Made by a program: the position numbers and the translations under genes. Positions 44,545 through 53,096 of a stretch of DNA of 64,000 nucleotides are shown one piece after another. This DNA comes from a virus, in IMG/VR virus record IMGVR_UViG_3300045988_083295, positions 1,409 to 65,408 of that record; one strand, 5' to 3'. Numbering within the stretch: position 1 is the first letter of the stretch; each line of letters begins with the position of its first letter. The notes beneath the pieces were generated by a model. It ran no database searches. It saw only the letters and a list, made by a program, of their open reading frames with translations, and was not told the origin of the DNA.

Positions 44545-44572
44545 AAAGTTTGGGTGATACACACATTTTGCG

Positions 44573-44608
44573 TACATTTGCACCCGAAATCAATCGGACA
44601 TTGTCCGA
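44573..44608 (+). promoter_or_regulatory. Rightward early promoter/operator: TACATTTG plus TCGGACATTGTCCGA
   Basis: TAnnTTTG box, a TTTG about 20 nt upstream, and an operator palindrome identical to 42889-42903. Confidence 0.65.
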
Positions 44609-44643
44609 AATCATTTGAGACAACAAATATACGAAAAAAAATA

Positions 44644-44850
44644 ATGGCATACAAAAAACAGAGACTCGAAATTGTAGTTCCGTATGGAAATATTACGAAG
44701 CTCGCAAAGTCCTTCGGTATTAGACGTGAGACGGTATCCTTCGCGCTCCGCTTCTGCTCTTCATCCCAGTTGGCTGAGAACATCCGCGAGAGAGCCATCA
44801 AGGAGTATGGCGGCAAAATGCAGACAATCACACTGAGTCCTGCCGAATAG
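44644..44850 (+). CDS. Cro-like small HTH protein
   Basis: 68 aa. ITKLAKSFGIRRETVSFALRF is HTH-like. First gene after the early promoter. ATG 44644 lies in frame within track ORF 44512. Confidence 0.55.
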   Translation: MAYKKQRLEIVVPYGNITKLAKSFGIRRETVSFALRFCSSSQLAENIRERAIKEYGGKMQTITLSPAE

Positions 44851-44880
44851 ACAGAGACTCCAACAAACACAAAGAAGAAT

Positions 44881-45180
44881 ATGACAATATCAGCAATACA
44901 GCAGCTCATGCAGGAGTCCTTCCAAGTGGGCTACATGCAGGCCATGAAGACTTTCGAGCCTTCGTCCTGCGACATTCGAGAGACAGAGGTCAATTCCTGG
45001 TTATTGGCTATCGGTGTCAGCCGGGACGCATGGAATCGATTGAAGAAGACGGGATTGGTTCAGGCGTTCCGCAAGGGGAACGGCACAAACTCTCCTCTCT
45101 ACTACAGCAAACTTGACATCAAGAAAGCCCTCATCACGAAAGACCTCTGCAAGTGGTACACGGATGGGTTAATAGGATAA
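44881..45180 (+). CDS. Hypothetical protein, excisionase/HTH_17-like
   Basis: IRETEVNSWLLAIGVSRDAWNRLKKTGLVQAFRKG...YYSKLDIKKAL resembles MerR/excisionase-type HTH proteins. Confidence 0.4.
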   Translation: MTISAIQQLMQESFQVGYMQAMKTFEPSSCDIRETEVNSWLLAIGVSRDAWNRLKKTGLVQAFRKGNGTNSPLYYSKLDIKKALITKDLCKWYTDGLIG

Positions 45181-45212
45181 CACGTTTCAACAACTTAAAA
45201 AAACTCGGAAGT

Positions 45213-45323
45213 ATGAGAAAGTCAAATGCTAATTCTGAATTGCTGGAAGGAATTAAGGTCGTTGTGATGGGGGTGCTCATTATGGTGGTTGGTATCACGA
45301 TGATCTGGCTCGCCAGCGTGTAG
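45213..45323 (+). CDS. 36-aa single-TM peptide (below the ORF-track cutoff)
   Basis: MRKSNANSELLEGIKVVVMGVLIMVVGITMIWLASV, translated by hand. Lies immediately upstream of tRNA-like element 1. Confidence 0.3.
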   Translation: MRKSNANSELLEGIKVVVMGVLIMVVGITMIWLASV

Positions 45324-45341
45324 GCCTCCTCCATGGATACC

Positions 45342-45453
45342 GGATGTGGATATGCAGCCTAACGGTTACGGCTGTGAAGTTAGATGATTGCTTCGTTTCG
45401 ATTGTTTGAATTTCGTGTGAATTACATGAGGGTTCGACTCCCTCCCACATCCC
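45342..45453 (+). ncRNA. tRNA-like element 1 (112 nt, non-canonical)
   Basis: 8-bp acceptor GGATGTGG/CCACATCC, T-arm GAGGG-TTCGACT-CCCTC and a D-like hairpin GCAGCC-TAACGGTTAC-GGCTGT. No convincing anticodon arm. Confidence 0.5.
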
Positions 45454-45534
45454 TTGACACTAGCACAGTGATTTTTTTCTTAAATTAACTTTAATCGCAA
45501 GTAGACTTGCGGTTCGTGAGAATAGCAAGTCTTA

Positions 45535-45614
45535 TCGGGACAGTTGGTCAGGGTTGTTTGGGTAGCTCTTTAAGCCTTGTGGCAACTGGTGCGGTTCGAC
45601 TCCGCGAGTCCCGA
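45535..45614 (+). ncRNA. tRNA-like element 2 (80 nt, non-canonical)
   Basis: Acceptor TCGGGAC/GTCCCGA and T-arm TGCGG-TTCGACT-CCGCG. CAGTTG (45541) pairs with CAACTG (45583) in place of a D-arm. Confidence 0.5.
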
Positions 45615-45706
45615 CACCGTAATGGTTAAATGGATTGGCAACGTGGGTGTGTTAGCCCCTACGCATGATTGATTTTAAGTTGATGTTGCCCCCAAGCGAG
45701 GGGGAC

Positions 45707-45780
45707 GGGACTTTAGCTCAGACGGTCAGAGCAGCTGACTCATAATCAGAAGGTCGCGAGTTCAAGCCTCGCAGGTCCCA
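45707..45780 (+). tRNA. tRNA-Met (or Ile-lysidine type), anticodon CAT
   Basis: Hand-folded 74-nt cloverleaf: GGGACTT/AGGTCCC acceptor, GCTC/GAGC D-stem, loop CTCATAA (CAT at 45741-45743), T-arm GCGAG-TTCAAGC-CTCGC. Confidence 0.85.
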
Positions 45781-45836
45781 CCGCTTTTGGAGTTCTTGTT
45801 AAGGTGTTTTTGTGGCAGCCCGGAAAGACGGGCACG

Positions 45837-45908
45837 GACTGAATAGCTCAACGGACAGAGCATCCCCCTCCTAAGGGGAAGATGAGGGTTCGATTCCCCC
45901 TTCAGTCA
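45837..45908 (+). tRNA. tRNA-Arg, anticodon CCT
   Basis: Hand-folded 72-nt cloverleaf: GACTGAA/TTCAGTC acceptor, TCCCC-CTCCTAA-GGGGA anticodon arm (CCT at 45870-45872), T-arm with one A-C mismatch. Confidence 0.75.
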
Positions 45909-45951
45909 CTATGAGATTTTCAACATTACTAATCGAATAAGACGAAGAATC

Positions 45952-46983
45952 ATGAACAATTCTGAAAGTAACCTTATGGAAGTCGTTCCTGCTGAGGTAC
46001 AGATCATCAAAGCCAAGCAGGACGCGGAATTTGCCATGACCACCGCAGGTCAGATGTTGCGGTCGTTCGAGGCCACGCAACGCATCGCGAAGATGTATGC
46101 CACCAGTTCACTTATACCGGCTTCTCTCAAGGGTGACCCGAACAAGGAGTTCGGCACCCCCGAACAGAAGGTTCAGGCCGCTATGCAGAAGACTTACGCC
46201 AACTGCACGATTGCATTGAACATGGCACAGCGCATGAACGCTGACCCCCTCATGGTCATGCAGAATCTTTACATTGTTCACGGCCAGCCTTCCTTTTCCT
46301 CCAAGTTTCTTATTGCTTGCATCAACAAGTGTGGCCGCTATGCTCCGCTGCGCTACGAGTTCAAGGGCGAGCAAGGCACGGACGATTACGGGTGTCGCGC
46401 TTACACTTATGAGACCTCGGACGTGAAGCACAAGGAACCCATCTACGGCACTTGGGTCACAATGGGAATGGCCAAGAAGGAAGGTTGGACAACGAAGAAC
46501 GGCAGCAAGTGGCTGACCATGCCCGACCAAATGCTCATCTATCGCGCAGCCGCCTTCTTCCAGCGCAGTAACTGCCCTGAAATCAGTATGGGCTTGAGTA
46601 CTTCCGAAGAACTTCAGGACATGGGCGAACAACCCGTATATGTTGAGGAAGTGAAGGACAACGACTTGAGTTCCCTCGCTATGAAGCGCATGAAGAGACC
46701 TGCTGCCATCGCTCAAGCCGAGGCTGGAACCGCCGGCATTCGGCTTCACAAAGATCAAGCTGCCATCGCTCAAGCCGAGGCCACAACTGTAGATGGAAGA
46801 AAAGATCCAGCTGAAGCTGAAGAGGCTGAAGGTGCTCCTGCACCGCAAGGCAATCCCTTCGAGCAAGCCGAAGAAGTCAATGAACAGGCCGCAGAAGTCA
46901 ATGAACAGGCCGCAGCTAAAGAACAGTCCGAAGCAACGCAGCAGAATGCGGCCAATCAGAATAACCGCCCTTCTCTTCTCTAG
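45952..46983 (+). CDS. Single-strand annealing protein, RecT/Red-beta-like
   Basis: The conserved-looking core ADPLMVMQNLYIVHGQPSFSSKFLIACI resembles RecT-family proteins. Paired with a YqaJ exonuclease. The repetitive acidic tail has AAIAQAEA x2 and EVNEQAA x2. Confidence 0.6.
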   Translation: MNNSESNLMEVVPAEVQIIKAKQDAEFAMTTAGQMLRSFEATQRIAKMYATSSLIPASLKGDPNKEFGTPEQKVQAAMQKTYANCTIALNMAQRMNADPLMVMQNLYIVHGQPSFSSKFLIACINKCGRYAPLRYEFKGEQGTDDYGCRAYTYETSDVKHKEPIYGTWVTMGMAKKEGWTTKNGSKWLTMPDQMLIYRAAAFFQRSNCPEISMGLSTSEELQDMGEQPVYVEEVKDNDLSSLAMKRMKRPAAIAQAEAGTAGIRLHKDQAAIAQAEATTVDGRKDPAEAEEAEGAPAPQGNPFEQAEEVNEQAAEVNEQAAAKEQSEATQQNAANQNNRPSLL

Positions 46984-46986
46984 CCT

Positions 46987-47736
46987 ATGAACGCAGAATA
47001 CGGTCAGGAACAGAATACGTTAGGTTGGTACCGCGCAAGAATCGGACAGATAACGGGTAGCGCGGTCGGCAACCTGATGGGTGAAGGTCGAGGTGGAAAC
47101 TGGTCTGCTACGGCAGTCAGCTATATGCAGCAACTCGCCTTCGAGCGGACGATGGATGAGGAGATTCTCAACAATGATGAACTGTTCGCCCAGTATGTCG
47201 GCATCACTGAGGTAAAGTCCAAGATTCTTGAATGGGGACACAAGATGGAGGGTCCTGCGGCAGACCTGTTTGCCGCGATGTTCCTTCAGATCTATGAACC
47301 CAATGCCAAGTGCAACGAGGAGATTGTCCTTGAAGAGCCGCCATCGGTCAAGCATCCCACACTTGAACACTTCGCGAGTTCGCCAGACAGAATGTTTGCC
47401 AACCCGGTCACGGGGGAGAGTTGCTGCATCGAGATCAAGAGTCCGCAAGGCAAGGCGTTCGCCAAGTATGCCAGCATCATTCTTCTTCCCACGGAGGCCA
47501 TGAGGCTTGAAGCCTTGAAGAAGGCTGAACCCAACTATTATTGGCAGCTCTTCTCACACATGATGGTTACGGGTACAACTACTTGCTATTGGGTTGTCTA
47601 CAATCCATTCAACAAGGTGCCTCTGTTCAGCATGGAAGTCCATTGGGACGATGAGATTGTTCAGAAGATCGAGACGCGCGTGAAGGAGGCCAACAAATAC
47701 ATTGACGCATTGGCGCGCAATATGATTGGCCTATGA
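46987..47736 (+). CDS. YqaJ/lambda-exonuclease-like PD-(D/E)XK recombination exonuclease
   Basis: WYRARIGQITGSAVGNLMG (YqaJ N-terminal signature) and SSPDRMF...CCIEIKSPQ (D...E-x-K motif). Confidence 0.8.
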   Translation: MNAEYGQEQNTLGWYRARIGQITGSAVGNLMGEGRGGNWSATAVSYMQQLAFERTMDEEILNNDELFAQYVGITEVKSKILEWGHKMEGPAADLFAAMFLQIYEPNAKCNEEIVLEEPPSVKHPTLEHFASSPDRMFANPVTGESCCIEIKSPQGKAFAKYASIILLPTEAMRLEALKKAEPNYYWQLFSHMMVTGTTTCYWVVYNPFNKVPLFSMEVHWDDEIVQKIETRVKEANKYIDALARNMIGL

Positions 47737-48248
47737 CACGCAAGGAGATTCTGGAACAATTCTGGGTGACGGCATTCAAGGGTCTGTCAAAGGTGATTCC
47801 CTTCGAAAAGGTGTGTGCCAAGGCATTGCTGGACGAGAGGATTACAACAGAGACAGCCATTCATTACCTGAGCGGTTCGGGCGAGCAGCACGTGAGCAAT
47901 CTCAAGGAATTGCAGACGGAAGAAGGACGCAAGACCTACCGCGATACACTTGATTTTCGCTGTGCGGCCTATGTGGACTCCAAAGTCCTGTTTGCCAAGA
48001 ATCTACCCAACAACAAACAACAAGAAGAAACAATGAGCGAGAACAACAACAACGGCACGCAGGAAGAGAAGATGGAACGCACGTTCCTGGTGCAGTGCTC
48101 GAAGGAGCAGCTGATTGCCTTGGGCAACTGGATGTACGACAACGGCATCTTCTTCTGCAAGTGCAGTGACAAGATCAATGCGGAGGCTCACCGCTTCACC
48201 TTTCCCGAAGAGGAAGCCAAAGAAGCTGATGGAACTGTACGCCCTTAG
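47733..48248 (+). CDS. Hypothetical early protein
   Basis: ORF track, ATGA overlap with the upstream gene. Confidence 0.6.
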   Translation: MTRKEILEQFWVTAFKGLSKVIPFEKVCAKALLDERITTETAIHYLSGSGEQHVSNLKELQTEEGRKTYRDTLDFRCAAYVDSKVLFAKNLPNNKQQEETMSENNNNGTQEEKMERTFLVQCSKEQLIALGNWMYDNGIFFCKCSDKINAEAHRFTFPEEEAKEADGTVRP

Positions 48249-48666
48249 AGACGGATGTTCACTGCTCCCATGCTACGACGATGACGCAGACAAGCTGCGA
48301 AGCCTCTCAGCCGATCGGCCGGTCTTCATCACCATTCACGAAGCAAGGAGCATCCGAATGCACAGACGATACTTCGCACTTGTCAACACCGCATGGGGGT
48401 GCATGGCAGAAGAAGAGCGAAGGCTGTTCAGAGACAACCTCGACTGCTTCAGGCGAAGCCTTACATTGCTCGCAGGATTCACCGACCCCGTCTACAACGC
48501 AAGGACAGGAGAATGGAATGAAGTGCCCCGAAGCATCTCCTTCGAAAACATGGGAGAGCATGAGTTCCGACAACTCTACGAGGCAACCATCAGAGTCATC
48601 TTCGACAGACTCATCCCCGATGCCGAGCGAAGGGATACGTTCCTACTCGCATTGCACGATTTCTGA
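48229..48666 (+). CDS. Hypothetical early protein
   Basis: ATG at 48229, in frame within track ORF 48115-48666. The sequence upstream of it overlaps the previous gene. Confidence 0.55.
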   Translation: MELYALRDGCSLLPCYDDDADKLRSLSADRPVFITIHEARSIRMHRRYFALVNTAWGCMAEEERRLFRDNLDCFRRSLTLLAGFTDPVYNARTGEWNEVPRSISFENMGEHEFRQLYEATIRVIFDRLIPDAERRDTFLLALHDF

Positions 48667-48670
48667 GGTC

Positions 48671-48913
48671 TTGCCGAAGAGTCTTGTGGCAGAATGTGCT
48701 AGGTTGTTCGCAAGCGCGATGAGCATCGTATTCCGCGATGACTTCGGCAAGAATCCGATTCACAAGGTTGTCGGTATGCTGGCCAGAGCCGAGCGCATTC
48801 TTGACGAGCATCAGCATGAGACCACGACCTACGCCAACCAGCTTCGGCTTATCCGCCAAATCAAGACCAAGGTGGAGGCCAAGATGAAGAAGGCCAACAT
48901 TGAACAATTCTAA
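48671..48913 (+). CDS. Hypothetical small protein (start uncertain: TTG 48671 or ATG 48719)
   Basis: 3' part of track ORF 48281-48913 that is not overlapped by the previous gene. Confidence 0.35.
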   Translation: MPKSLVAECARLFASAMSIVFRDDFGKNPIHKVVGMLARAERILDEHQHETTTYANQLRLIRQIKTKVEAKMKKANIEQF

Positions 48914-48937
48914 AAACGCTATATAGTTTAACTCCCT

Positions 48938-49010
48938 GGTGGCGCGCCTTCGGGTGGCATAGCGATGTCGCACTTTTTGTAGGCGTTTTTGGGTGCGCCA
49001 CCTCTTTTTT
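48938..49010 (+). terminator. Structured terminator
   Basis: Outer stem GGTGGCGC / GCGCCACC encloses a TTCG-tetraloop hairpin and is followed by TCTTTTTT. Confidence 0.55.
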
Positions 49011-49035
49011 AAAAACAAAATAAAAAACGAAGATT

Positions 49036-49449
49036 ATGATTTACGAAGCAAGTGTTGCTTACAAGAAGCAGAATGAGAATGGCCTTGAAGTTTCCGTTAA
49101 GGAAGTATTCCTCGTACAGGCCATCAGCTTTGCCGAAGCCGAACAGAAGGCCATGGCATTAGGGGGACATCTGACCACGTCTGACTTCGATATTACGGCT
49201 ATCAAGGAGAGTGCCGTTGCTGACGTGATCCATAACGGAGAAGACGGCAAGTTCTTCAAGGTGACGTTCAACTTCATCACCACTGACCAGAATGGTCACG
49301 ACAAGAAGACCAAGAGGTTCATCTACGCTGAATCACTGGACCTTGATGACGCGAAGCAGCTCTTTACGGATTCACAGAAGAATTCCATGTTGGACTACGA
49401 GGTTGTCGGAGTCCAAGAAACCAAAATCACGGAGTACATTATCGATTAA
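49036..49449 (+). CDS. DUF4494-like protein
   Basis: The N-terminus YEASVAYKKQNENGLEVSVKEVFLVQAISFAEAEQKA resembles the Bacteroidota DUF4494 pattern from memory. Confidence 0.45.
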   Translation: MIYEASVAYKKQNENGLEVSVKEVFLVQAISFAEAEQKAMALGGHLTTSDFDITAIKESAVADVIHNGEDGKFFKVTFNFITTDQNGHDKKTKRFIYAESLDLDDAKQLFTDSQKNSMLDYEVVGVQETKITEYIID

Positions 49450-49462
49450 CATCAAACAGATT

Positions 49463-49732
49463 ATGAAATCGAAGAAAAGCATTGTTCTGGAAGCCGCAAG
49501 GGCGAACGGAACGAAAATCAATGAGGCAACCAACCTGACGAACACCTTCATAGGATTGATTGCAGCCGCGCTCAAGGATGGCGAGTCCGTAAGAATCAAC
49601 GGCCTTGGCACATTCAGTATCCTTGAACGCAAGGAACATACGGCACGCAACCCCAAGACGGGTGAAGCCATTGTGGTTCCTACGCGTAAGGTCATCAAGT
49701 TCGTTGCATGTCAAGACTTGAAGAACTTATAG
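49463..49732 (+). CDS. HU/IHF-family DNA-binding protein
   Basis: GLGTFSILERKEHTARNPKTGEAIVVPTRKVIKF is the HU beta-arm signature (R-N-P-x-T-G). Confidence 0.85.
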   Translation: MKSKKSIVLEAARANGTKINEATNLTNTFIGLIAAALKDGESVRINGLGTFSILERKEHTARNPKTGEAIVVPTRKVIKFVACQDLKNL

Positions 49733-50124
49733 CAGCTGAACGGCAGAAGCACCACACCAGGGTGAGACATGGCGATGAGGAGCACAGAATCCAAGTCGCA
49801 TGTGTCAACTGGTTCCGCATTCAGTACCCGAGCCTCAGGCTACGGTTGTTCGCAGTGCCCAACGGAGGCAAGCGAGATGTTGTTACCGCCGGGAAGTTGA
49901 AAGCGGAAGGTGCTCTGCCGGGAGTTGCCGACCTGATTCTCCTGAAGCCTAACTCGCAATATGGTGCCCTACTCATCGAGATGAAGACGGAGAAGGGCAG
50001 ACAGAGCGAGAGCCAGAGGGTATGGGAGACCGACCTCTGCAGGTCGGATGAATACAAGTATGTGGTATGCCACGGAACGGAAGACTTCATCAAGGAGGTC
50101 ACGGATTATCTGAGGGATACCTAA
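49708..50124 (+). CDS. VRR-NUC domain nuclease
   Basis: ALPGVADLILLKPNSQYGALLIEMKTEKGRQSESQRVW fits the PD-(D/E)XK VRR-NUC motif (D...E-x-K...Q). Confidence 0.75.
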   Translation: MSRLEELIAAERQKHHTRVRHGDEEHRIQVACVNWFRIQYPSLRLRLFAVPNGGKRDVVTAGKLKAEGALPGVADLILLKPNSQYGALLIEMKTEKGRQSESQRVWETDLCRSDEYKYVVCHGTEDFIKEVTDYLRDT

Positions 50125-50134
50125 CAAGGACAAT

Positions 50135-50962
50135 ATGGCAAAGAAACTGAAACAATATTACTTCCAGCACGATGCCTTTGCCCGAGAAGACCCAAAAATC
50201 GTCAGCCTACGCATTAGGCACGGATCAGCGGGGTATGGAGTATACTTCATGCTATTGGAATATCTATTCTCGCAAGAGGATTACGTGAGCGAAACTACCT
50301 ATAACACCATAGGCTACAACCTTCATGAATCCGCGAGTCTAGTTAAGTCAGTCGTTGAGGACTTCGGCTTGTTCACCTTATCAGAGGATGGTAAGTGGTT
50401 TCATTCGGAGTCTTTCAGCCGTAGGATGGCTTCAATAGGTTCCACCGCAAGCAGTCGCTCAGAAGCAGCGCGGAAGGCCGCGCTTGCAAGATGGGGGACA
50501 GCCCCCGATGCGTCCGCACTGAAAAATGATGCGTCACGCATGCGTCACGCATGCAAAAACGATGCGGAACGCATGCGTCACGCATACGAAAACGATGCCA
50601 ATAATATAAGAGAAGAAGATATTAAGAGAGAGACGCGTGCGTGTGCGTGTACGTGCGAGGATTTCCAAGCTGAACTTTTGAGGCAAGGCGAATTCTGGGA
50701 AACGGCAAGTATGCGTTTCCATTTCGACATTGATAAGCTCAAATCTTATGTTATTCCATTCGGGCAAGAATTGGTGTGCAAGGGCATAAGGCATGACAGC
50801 TTCAGTCGGTACAGACAGCACTTCTTCGACTGGCTGAGGATTCAACTGGAAAAAATCAACAATGACAACAAATCAAAACAACAACGGAAGGTTGAATCTT
50901 CCAAGCGTGGACGGGCTGAAAGCGATGCTGTTACAGCGGAAGATTTCGCGCGAGGGTTTTAA
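50135..50962 (+). CDS. DUF4373 (Lin1244/Lin1753-like) replication-initiation-type protein
   Basis: The N-terminal YYFQHDAFAREDPKIVSLRIRHGSAGYGVYFMLLEYL matches this phage replication-module family from memory. Contains internal iterons. Confidence 0.6.
   Translation: MAKKLKQYYFQHDAFAREDPKIVSLRIRHGSAGYGVYFMLLEYLFSQEDYVSETTYNTIGYNLHESASLVKSVVEDFGLFTLSEDGKWFHSESFSRRMASIGSTASSRSEAARKAALARWGTAPDASALKNDASRMRHACKNDAERMRHAYENDANNIREEDIKRETRACACTCEDFQAELLRQGEFWETASMRFHFDIDKLKSYVIPFGQELVCKGIRHDSFSRYRQHFFDWLRIQLEKINNDNKSKQQRKVESSKRGRAESDAVTAEDFARGF
50506..50600 (+). repeat. Iteron-like array: five copies of ATGCG(T/G)(C/A)(C/A)CGC(A), including a 33-bp tandem unit x2.4
   Basis: GATGCGTCCGCA, ATGCGTCACGC x3 and ATGCGGAACGC, followed by an AT-rich stretch (50600-50630) and then ACGCGTGCGTGTGCGTGTACGTGCG. 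Confidence 0.75.
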
Positions 50963-51551
50963 CGTTCCGATTCACCCGGAAGATTTTTATAAAATTTTCG
51001 TTGCAGCCTATAATGCAGAAGTCGAATATCGCGGAAGTCGGGCTGTGCTGGATGACGAGAACGGCGCGAAATACATCCTATGGGATATCAGCAAGATGAT
51101 GACAACGACCGCGAGAAAGAAGAACGGCCTGATGCTCAACGGCCTCTACGGCAACGGCAAGACAACAACGGTGTATGCCCTCAAGGCTACGCTGAACTTC
51201 CTTCGTGACAAGGGTTACGTTGACGGAGACAGGCTGGGCGTGAGGATCATTGATGCCAAGCAGCTCGCCATTCTGGCACCCAACCCGAATGCCATGACGG
51301 ATCTAGCGAAGACCGAATGTGCCTTATGCATTGAGGATATGGGGCGTGAGGCCAGCGAGGTGATGAGCTACGGAAACATCCTGAATCCCGTGGCAGACAT
51401 CGTTGAACAGCGTTATGCCGACCAGCTGTTCACCATCATCACGACCAATCTGACTCCCGAACAGATCAAGGAGCGTTACGGTGGCCGTGTTGCAGACCGA
51501 TTCCGCGAGATGCTGGAAGTGATAACCTTCAGGCATGCGTCGTATCGGTGA
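50862..51551 (+). CDS. DnaC/IstB-like AAA+ helicase loader
   Basis: Walker A GLYGNGKTT and Walker B LCIEDMG. Overlaps the 3' end of the initiator-type gene. Confidence 0.7.
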   Translation: MTTNQNNNGRLNLPSVDGLKAMLLQRKISREGFNVPIHPEDFYKIFVAAYNAEVEYRGSRAVLDDENGAKYILWDISKMMTTTARKKNGLMLNGLYGNGKTTTVYALKATLNFLRDKGYVDGDRLGVRIIDAKQLAILAPNPNAMTDLAKTECALCIEDMGREASEVMSYGNILNPVADIVEQRYADQLFTIITTNLTPEQIKERYGGRVADRFREMLEVITFRHASYR

Positions 51552-51587
51552 CAAGAAGAGAACCAACAACAACAAACGAAAAAGGAT

Positions 51588-51785
51588 ATGATGACGATAT
51601 ACGTTGACGTGATGACATATGACATGGATAGATTCATCTGCACGGAGAAGGTTGAGATTGACCCTGCGTTCTACAAGCTGGATGAGGTATGCAGGGAGGT
51701 TGTGAGACGGCACCCGACCCTCAAGGGCAGAGATGACATCGTCTTCATCCCCGAATTCAACAAACCAAAACCTATCAGACGATGA
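51588..51785 (+). CDS. Hypothetical small protein
   Basis: ORF track. Confidence 0.5.
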   Translation: MMTIYVDVMTYDMDRFICTEKVEIDPAFYKLDEVCREVVRRHPTLKGRDDIVFIPEFNKPKPIRR

Positions 51786-52342
51786 AGAATATCAGCAAGG
51801 AAGATCTTGAGGGAAGGCTTGCGGCACGGTGTGAATTTTTCTCTCTCGTCCAGCGGATGCGATTCCTGCAACGCAAGTTCTACGAAGAGAAGCGATGTAC
51901 AGGGAATGAGAGTCGAGAACTCTACGCGATACTCGACAGAGTGGATGCCATTATCGAACGTGGCGTGACTGCGCTCAAGAAGGCTGGATTGGTTGAGGAT
52001 GACCCAGACAAGAGGTGGAACGGTGGGTATGGGAATCTATCCTACTGTCAAAAACCCCCGAGGATTTCATATAATGCCCGTAGAGGCGTTAAAATCCCGA
52101 AGAGGATGGATTTCTTTCTGAGGGTGATGGAGCTTCGTAAATGGCAAATCAGAATCTCAACAACGGGGCAGACTTCCGTATGCCTTACTCCTCTGTTCGG
52201 GCTGTGCGAACTTGTTGACAGGCACATCGCCCAGGGCGAACTACACGACCAACTTGAAACGCTGTCCGAAGAGACGGTGATCTACCCCGACTACTCCTAC
52301 AAGGAAGAACAAGAAACAACAACAGAAGAATATGAAGAATGA
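51782..52342 (+). CDS. Hypothetical protein with internal duplication
   Basis: FFSLVQRMRFLQ...LDRVDAIIERG and FFLRVMELRKWQ...LVDRHIAQGE are two similar halves. Confidence 0.55.
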   Translation: MKNISKEDLEGRLAARCEFFSLVQRMRFLQRKFYEEKRCTGNESRELYAILDRVDAIIERGVTALKKAGLVEDDPDKRWNGGYGNLSYCQKPPRISYNARRGVKIPKRMDFFLRVMELRKWQIRISTTGQTSVCLTPLFGLCELVDRHIAQGELHDQLETLSEETVIYPDYSYKEEQETTTEEYEE

Positions 52343-53066
52343 ACTTGAACTGAAGATCGACAAACTTGCCGAATGCAGTAAGGAGCTGGGAATAGCACCG
52401 GTTGAACTGCTCATGACTATCTACATGGAGCTTTGCCTTGGATACGCCTTTGAGGCTACGGGTCAACTGATGCGTGTACCCTACTTCCAGAAGCACCGAG
52501 GCAAGAAGCTATACAACATGGCTCACCGCCTGATGATTGAGAGTGATGACCGAATCTGCCGATTCATCGGTGACAAGGATCGGCTGGACTTCATCAACAA
52601 GGTGTGTGACGATTACACGGAGCATATCCGCGAGAGCATTACGCGATACCGCGAGACCATCAACAAGATCCTGCTTCGCGGAGATTACCCCTACGTGAAT
52701 GCGTATGTGGCGATGGTGACGGCCTCTTCGGTGATTCACCTTGCCAACGACATGGAGCAGGATTCACTCATCGGAGTGATCAAATCCATCTCGTTCGTCA
52801 ATGACGGTGGTGTTATGAAGGTGTTCAAGGGCTACAGCGACTACGTGCAGCACTGCCAGTCCATGAGCGTCAGGAAGTTGCGCGATGCGTTCCTCCAGAT
52901 TGAGAAGGAATTCGATACGGTCAGGGAATTGCAGGACAGCCGGGTGACGTTCACACCGACCGACCGCAAGGTTATCGAGAACATATCAAGAGAGGTGGTC
53001 GGGAGATTCTATCAGATCGGAATGCTCGTTGACTCCATCGAGAAGCACTCCCGTAAGGTGGTATAA
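52332..53066 (+). CDS. Hypothetical protein
   Basis: ORF track. Confidence 0.6.
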   Translation: MKNELELKIDKLAECSKELGIAPVELLMTIYMELCLGYAFEATGQLMRVPYFQKHRGKKLYNMAHRLMIESDDRICRFIGDKDRLDFINKVCDDYTEHIRESITRYRETINKILLRGDYPYVNAYVAMVTASSVIHLANDMEQDSLIGVIKSISFVNDGGVMKVFKGYSDYVQHCQSMSVRKLRDAFLQIEKEFDTVRELQDSRVTFTPTDRKVIENISREVVGRFYQIGMLVDSIEKHSRKVV

Positions 53067-53096
53067 CTAACAACAATATTAACCAATCAACCTACA

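Noticed and set aside
45342-45614. tmRNA (one-piece or permuted) as an explanation for the tRNA-like elements
   Set aside because: In each element both acceptor strands lie only 80-112 nt apart. There is no tag-peptide ORF with a resume codon or pseudoknot-sized insert, and no CCA-proximal alanine-type G-U identity pair was seen.
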